Shown piece after piece: positions 15,663 to 18,098 of a stretch of 18,098 nucleotides of DNA (position 1 is the stretch's first letter; the number at the start of each line of letters is the position of its first letter). This DNA comes from Spirochaetia bacterium (GTDB lineage: Bacteria; Spirochaetota; Spirochaetia; DSM-27196; PWMO01). Under the pieces are notes generated by a model. The model saw only the letters and a list, made by a program, of their open reading frames with translations, did no database searches and had not been told where the DNA came from. The stretch lies in NCBI GenBank assembly GCA_041686235.1, contig JAWLED010000059.1, forward strand, positions 1 through 18,098, read 5' to 3'. Both the position numbers and the translations under genes were made by a program.

Positions 15663-16346
15663 TCATGCGCTCCTTCGCTCATCACTCTCGATGAGCCCGT
15701 CGTGCAGCCGGCAAAGGCGGGCGGCGTAGTCCATGACCATGTGGTCATGGGTCGAGAACACGAAGGTGGTACCGCGGCGGCGGTTCACGTCCTTCATGAG
15801 CTCGAGGATGGCCTCGCCGGTCTCCGAATCCAGGTTCGCCGTGGGCTCGTCGGCAAGCACGATCAATGGGTCCTTTATGAGTGCGCGGGCCACCGCGACG
15901 CGCTGCTGTTGCCCCCCGGACAGTCGCGAGGGGCGGCGGTGCTCCATTCCCTCGAGGCCGACCTCGGCGAGCAACCCCATCGTCCGCTCTTGCGTTTCCT
16001 CCTGCGACACGCCGAGCAGCGAAAGAGACATGGATACGTTTTCGTAGGCGGTCAGCACCGGGATGAGGTTGAAGTTCTGAAATACGAATCCGATCTTTTG
16101 CCGGCGCATCTCGGTGAGCTCGCGCTTGCTTCGACCGGCCACGCGCTCCCCGTCGATGTCGATGTCGCCGGCGTCGGCGGTGTCGATGCAGCCGATTATG
16201 TTCAAGAGCGTTGTCTTGCCGGAGCCCGACGGCCCGGCGATCGAGAGAAACTCACCGCTGTCGATGTCCATGGAAACACCCCGCAGGGCGTGCACCCGGG
16301 TCTCCCCGTCGATGTAGTCCTTGTGGACCTCATGCACCGTAATCAT
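15663..16346 (-). CDS. ABC transporter ATP-binding protein, LolD/MacB-NBD type
   Basis: Walker A GPSGSGKTT, Q-loop, signature LSGGQQQRVAVARAL, Walker B LIVLADEPTANLD and H-loop STHD are all present. AAGGAAG is 7 nt before the ATG. The start overlaps the stop of the SPFH gene (ATGA). Confidence 0.9.
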   Translation of the reverse strand: MITVHEVHKDYIDGETRVHALRGVSMDIDSGEFLSIAGPSGSGKTTLLNIIGCIDTADAGDIDIDGERVAGRSKRELTEMRRQKIGFVFQNFNLIPVLTAYENVSMSLSLLGVSQEETQERTMGLLAEVGLEGMEHRRPSRLSGGQQQRVAVARALIKDPLIVLADEPTANLDSETGEAILELMKDVNRRRGTTFVFSTHDHMVMDYAARLCRLHDGLIESDERRSA

Positions 16347-17461
16347 GTGGTATCTTCCTTTTCCTCGTTTTCGTGTTCCTGCTCGCCGCGCCGCAAGGCC
16401 GCCATGCCGAGACTGGTACCGAGATTCATCGAATCCAGCGCGGAGCTCGGAACGAGCATCATGTTCTCGTTCTGCTTCATCCCGTCATAGATCATATTCA
16501 TGGCCCGCAGCTGGAAGGCCGTCGGGTTCTCTTCGTAGCGCCGCCCGGCCTCCTCGAATTTTTCCGCGATTTCTACTTCCGCGGAGCTGAGAATAACGCG
16601 CGACTGTCGCTCGCGCTGGGCTTGGGCTTTGCGGCTCAACGCGTCCTCGAGCTCTTGGGGGAGAAGCACCTCCTTGAACTCAATCGAGATGATGGTAATG
16701 CCCCATGGGCTGGTTTTGCGGTCGAGCGTCTCCTGTATTTCCCCGCCGAGACGCTCCCTCTCGCTCAGCACCTCCGACAAGTCGCTGTGCCCGATGGTGT
16801 CGCGCAACGCCGACTGCGCCGAAAGCGTCACCGCCTCCGCATACTTCTCGACCTCGAGAATCGCCTTCTCGGCGTCCCAGACCATCCAAAAGGCGAGGGC
16901 GTCTACATGCACGGGCACCGTGTCCCGTGTTACCGAGCGCTCGGCGGAGAAGTCGGTCACGCGTATGCGCATGTCGACCCGGTCGATCACCGTATCGAGG
17001 ATGGGTAAAACCACGTGTGGTCCCGGGGAGAGGGTCCGGTGAAATCGCCCCAAACGCAGCACCAGCACGCGCTCCCAATGCCGCACGACCTGAACGGTCG
17101 GGGCGAGCAGGAGCCCGGCGCTGACCACGCCGAGTGCCGCCGCCGTCGTGCCTGCCGTTGTGCCGGGGAGGATCGGCCCCACACCGGCCCACATAGCCAC
17201 GATGACCGCGAGCACGACCGGCCACAGCGGCAATACGGCAATAACAGCCGCCCCTCCGATCACAACGAGCGCGAGGGTCACGACGGCTTGTTGGCTGGGC
17301 ACGGTGCCGACGGCAAGTTGGAGGGCCATGCCGGCCCCGAGGAATACAACGACCGTCAATGCGGAGAGCGTACTAAAGGTAAAGTGCGACGGTCGCCGAA
17401 GCGTGCGACGCGCAGACGAGCGCCGGCTCAGCTCGTTTCGAATCTGTTCGGTGGTCTTCAT
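16343..17461 (-). CDS. SPFH/band-7 (stomatin/prohibitin-like) membrane protein with an extended polytopic N-terminal region and acidic C-tail
   Basis: GGAGG is 7 nt before the ATG. The SPFH core (VRHWERVLVLRLGRF...PGPHVVLPILD...VDMRIRV...) is preceded by ~125 aa containing about four hydrophobic helices; canonical stomatins have one hairpin. The start overlaps the gntR stop (ATGA). Confidence 0.8.
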   Translation of the reverse strand: MKTTEQIRNELSRRSSARRTLRRPSHFTFSTLSALTVVVFLGAGMALQLAVGTVPSQQAVVTLALVVIGGAAVIAVLPLWPVVLAVIVAMWAGVGPILPGTTAGTTAAALGVVSAGLLLAPTVQVVRHWERVLVLRLGRFHRTLSPGPHVVLPILDTVIDRVDMRIRVTDFSAERSVTRDTVPVHVDALAFWMVWDAEKAILEVEKYAEAVTLSAQSALRDTIGHSDLSEVLSERERLGGEIQETLDRKTSPWGITIISIEFKEVLLPQELEDALSRKAQAQRERQSRVILSSAEVEIAEKFEEAGRRYEENPTAFQLRAMNMIYDGMKQNENMMLVPSSALDSMNLGTSLGMAALRRGEQEHENEEKEDTT

Positions 17462-17859
17462 TCGTCCCCCTCCTCGTGGTACGCGCTCAAAAACGCGACG
17501 ATCTCGCCGACACTGAAGCCGTACGAAGCGGCCTGACTGACAAACCCCCGTACCAGCTGTGAAAGAATCTGGTTGCGATCCACCTCCGAGAGCGCAACTT
17601 CCTTGTCGCTGATGAAGGTGCCGGTCCCGTGTTGCGTGCTTACCAACCCGCGAATCTCGAGCTCGTTGTAGGCGCGGGCAACGGTATTCGGGTTTACCTG
17701 CAGGTCGACCGCAAGGCCGCGAACCGTGGGCAGCTGAAACCCGGGTTTCAGCCGTCCGTCCGCAACCGCCATCTCGATCTGGAGAATGATCTGGCGATAA
17801 TAGGGGATGCCGCTTCCGGGATCGAGCAGGATGTCGATCGACCTTTTTTCTTTTGCCAC
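17458..17859 (-). CDS. GntR-family transcriptional regulator, YtrA subfamily (winged HTH + short C-terminal dimerisation helices)
   Basis: The 133-aa product starts at GTG, with a GAGGG SD 5 nt upstream. The GntR HTH signature is LPTVRGLAVDLQVNPNTVARAYNELEIRGLV. The C-terminal ~50 aa are typical of the YtrA subfamily, which classically controls adjacent ABC exporters. Confidence 0.8.
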   Translation of the reverse strand: MAKEKRSIDILLDPGSGIPYYRQIILQIEMAVADGRLKPGFQLPTVRGLAVDLQVNPNTVARAYNELEIRGLVSTQHGTGTFISDKEVALSEVDRNQILSQLVRGFVSQAASYGFSVGEIVAFLSAYHEEGDE

Positions 17860-17876
17860 GTTACCCTCGTTGCTGA

Positions 17877-17889
17877 GCAGTAAGTTGTA
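17877..17889. promoter_or_regulatory. Candidate GntR-type operator: inverted repeat AGTA-N5-TACT (GT..AC core) in the leader of the gntR operon
   Basis: agtaagttgtact is palindromic at its flanks (agta/tact). It lies between the predicted TSS and the RBS, where an autoregulatory YtrA-type repressor would be expected to bind. Confidence 0.2.
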
Positions 17890-17910
17890 CTATTGAACTA
17901 ATACACTGAT

Positions 17911-17939
17911 ATTTTGGTACACAAAAGCTCGGAAGTCAA
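17911..17939 (-). promoter_or_regulatory. Putative promoter of the gntR-SPFH-ABC operon (minus strand): -35 TTGACT, 17-nt spacer, -10 CAAAAT
   Basis: On the reverse complement, TTGACT (plus 17934-17939) is followed by a 17-nt spacer and CAAAAT (plus 17911-17916). The region is AT-richer than its flanks. The predicted TSS is ~45 nt upstream of the GTG start. Confidence 0.3.
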
Positions 17940-18061
17940 CAAGAAATTTCGGACTCATCAAACTTGAAAAACGCAATAGTGCCGGCGGGATTGTGATTTC
18001 TCTTGACCTTAGAGCGCGCTCCAAGCCGTACATTCTACAACTGCCGACCGGAGGTACGTGC

Positions 18062-18098
18062 GTGCGTGAACGTGGGCTGTGTCCCCTCCAAAACCCTG
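18062..18098 (+). CDS. Possible 5' end of a divergently transcribed gene running off the window (GTG start after GGAGG)
   Basis: GGAGG at 18050-18054 is followed 7 nt later by GTG. The frame stays open to the window end, which is only 12 codons, so this is very weak. Confidence 0.12.
   Translation, partial: MRERGLCPLQNP

Noticed and set aside
1-18098. Searched for CRISPR repeats, tRNA/rRNA signatures, IS terminal inverted repeats and transposase/integrase ORFs
   Set aside because: No regularly spaced direct repeats, no T-loop/anticodon-arm-like structures in intergenic DNA, and no ORF with transposase, integrase or recombinase motifs were found. The window looks like core or accessory chromosome rather than a mobile element.

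Overview
High-GC (~60-65%) bacterial chromosomal window, apparently from a diderm organism: two genes encode proteins with outer-membrane beta-barrel hallmarks. Coding density is high and there are no rRNA/tRNA genes, CRISPR arrays or recognisable IS/transposase genes. Plus-strand block (405-6702): a putative catabolic/uptake cluster of a xylose-isomerase-like TIM-barrel sugar-phosphate isomerase/epimerase, a complete tripartite tricarboxylate transporter (tctC-tctB-tctA), a Gfo/Idh/MocA NAD(P)-oxidoreductase and an EamA/DMT permease. Middle (6700-11072): an unannotated 42-aa acidic lipoprotein sORF on the minus strand, a putative HEXXH zinc aminopeptidase, an ABC-F (Uup-like) twin-ATPase and a small OM beta-barrel protein. 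Minus-strand block (17859 down to 11069): one tightly coupled seven-gene operon read right to left. Its order is a YtrA-type GntR regulator, an SPFH/band-7 (stomatin-like) protein with an unusual polytopic N-terminus, a LolD/MacB-type ABC ATPase, two FtsX/MacB-type permeases with large periplasmic domains, a LolA_like lipoprotein-sorting-family protein and a 395-aa OM beta-barrel protein. The stop/start junctions overlap at 4 nt (ATGA) or 7 nt, or are spaced 10-35 nt. This operon is the most interesting candidate system: a possible envelope-spanning Lol-like/MacB-like export or lipid/lipoprotein trafficking machine with an SPFH scaffold. All calls rest on reading the ORF translations, motifs and start-site context by eye; no database search was run.
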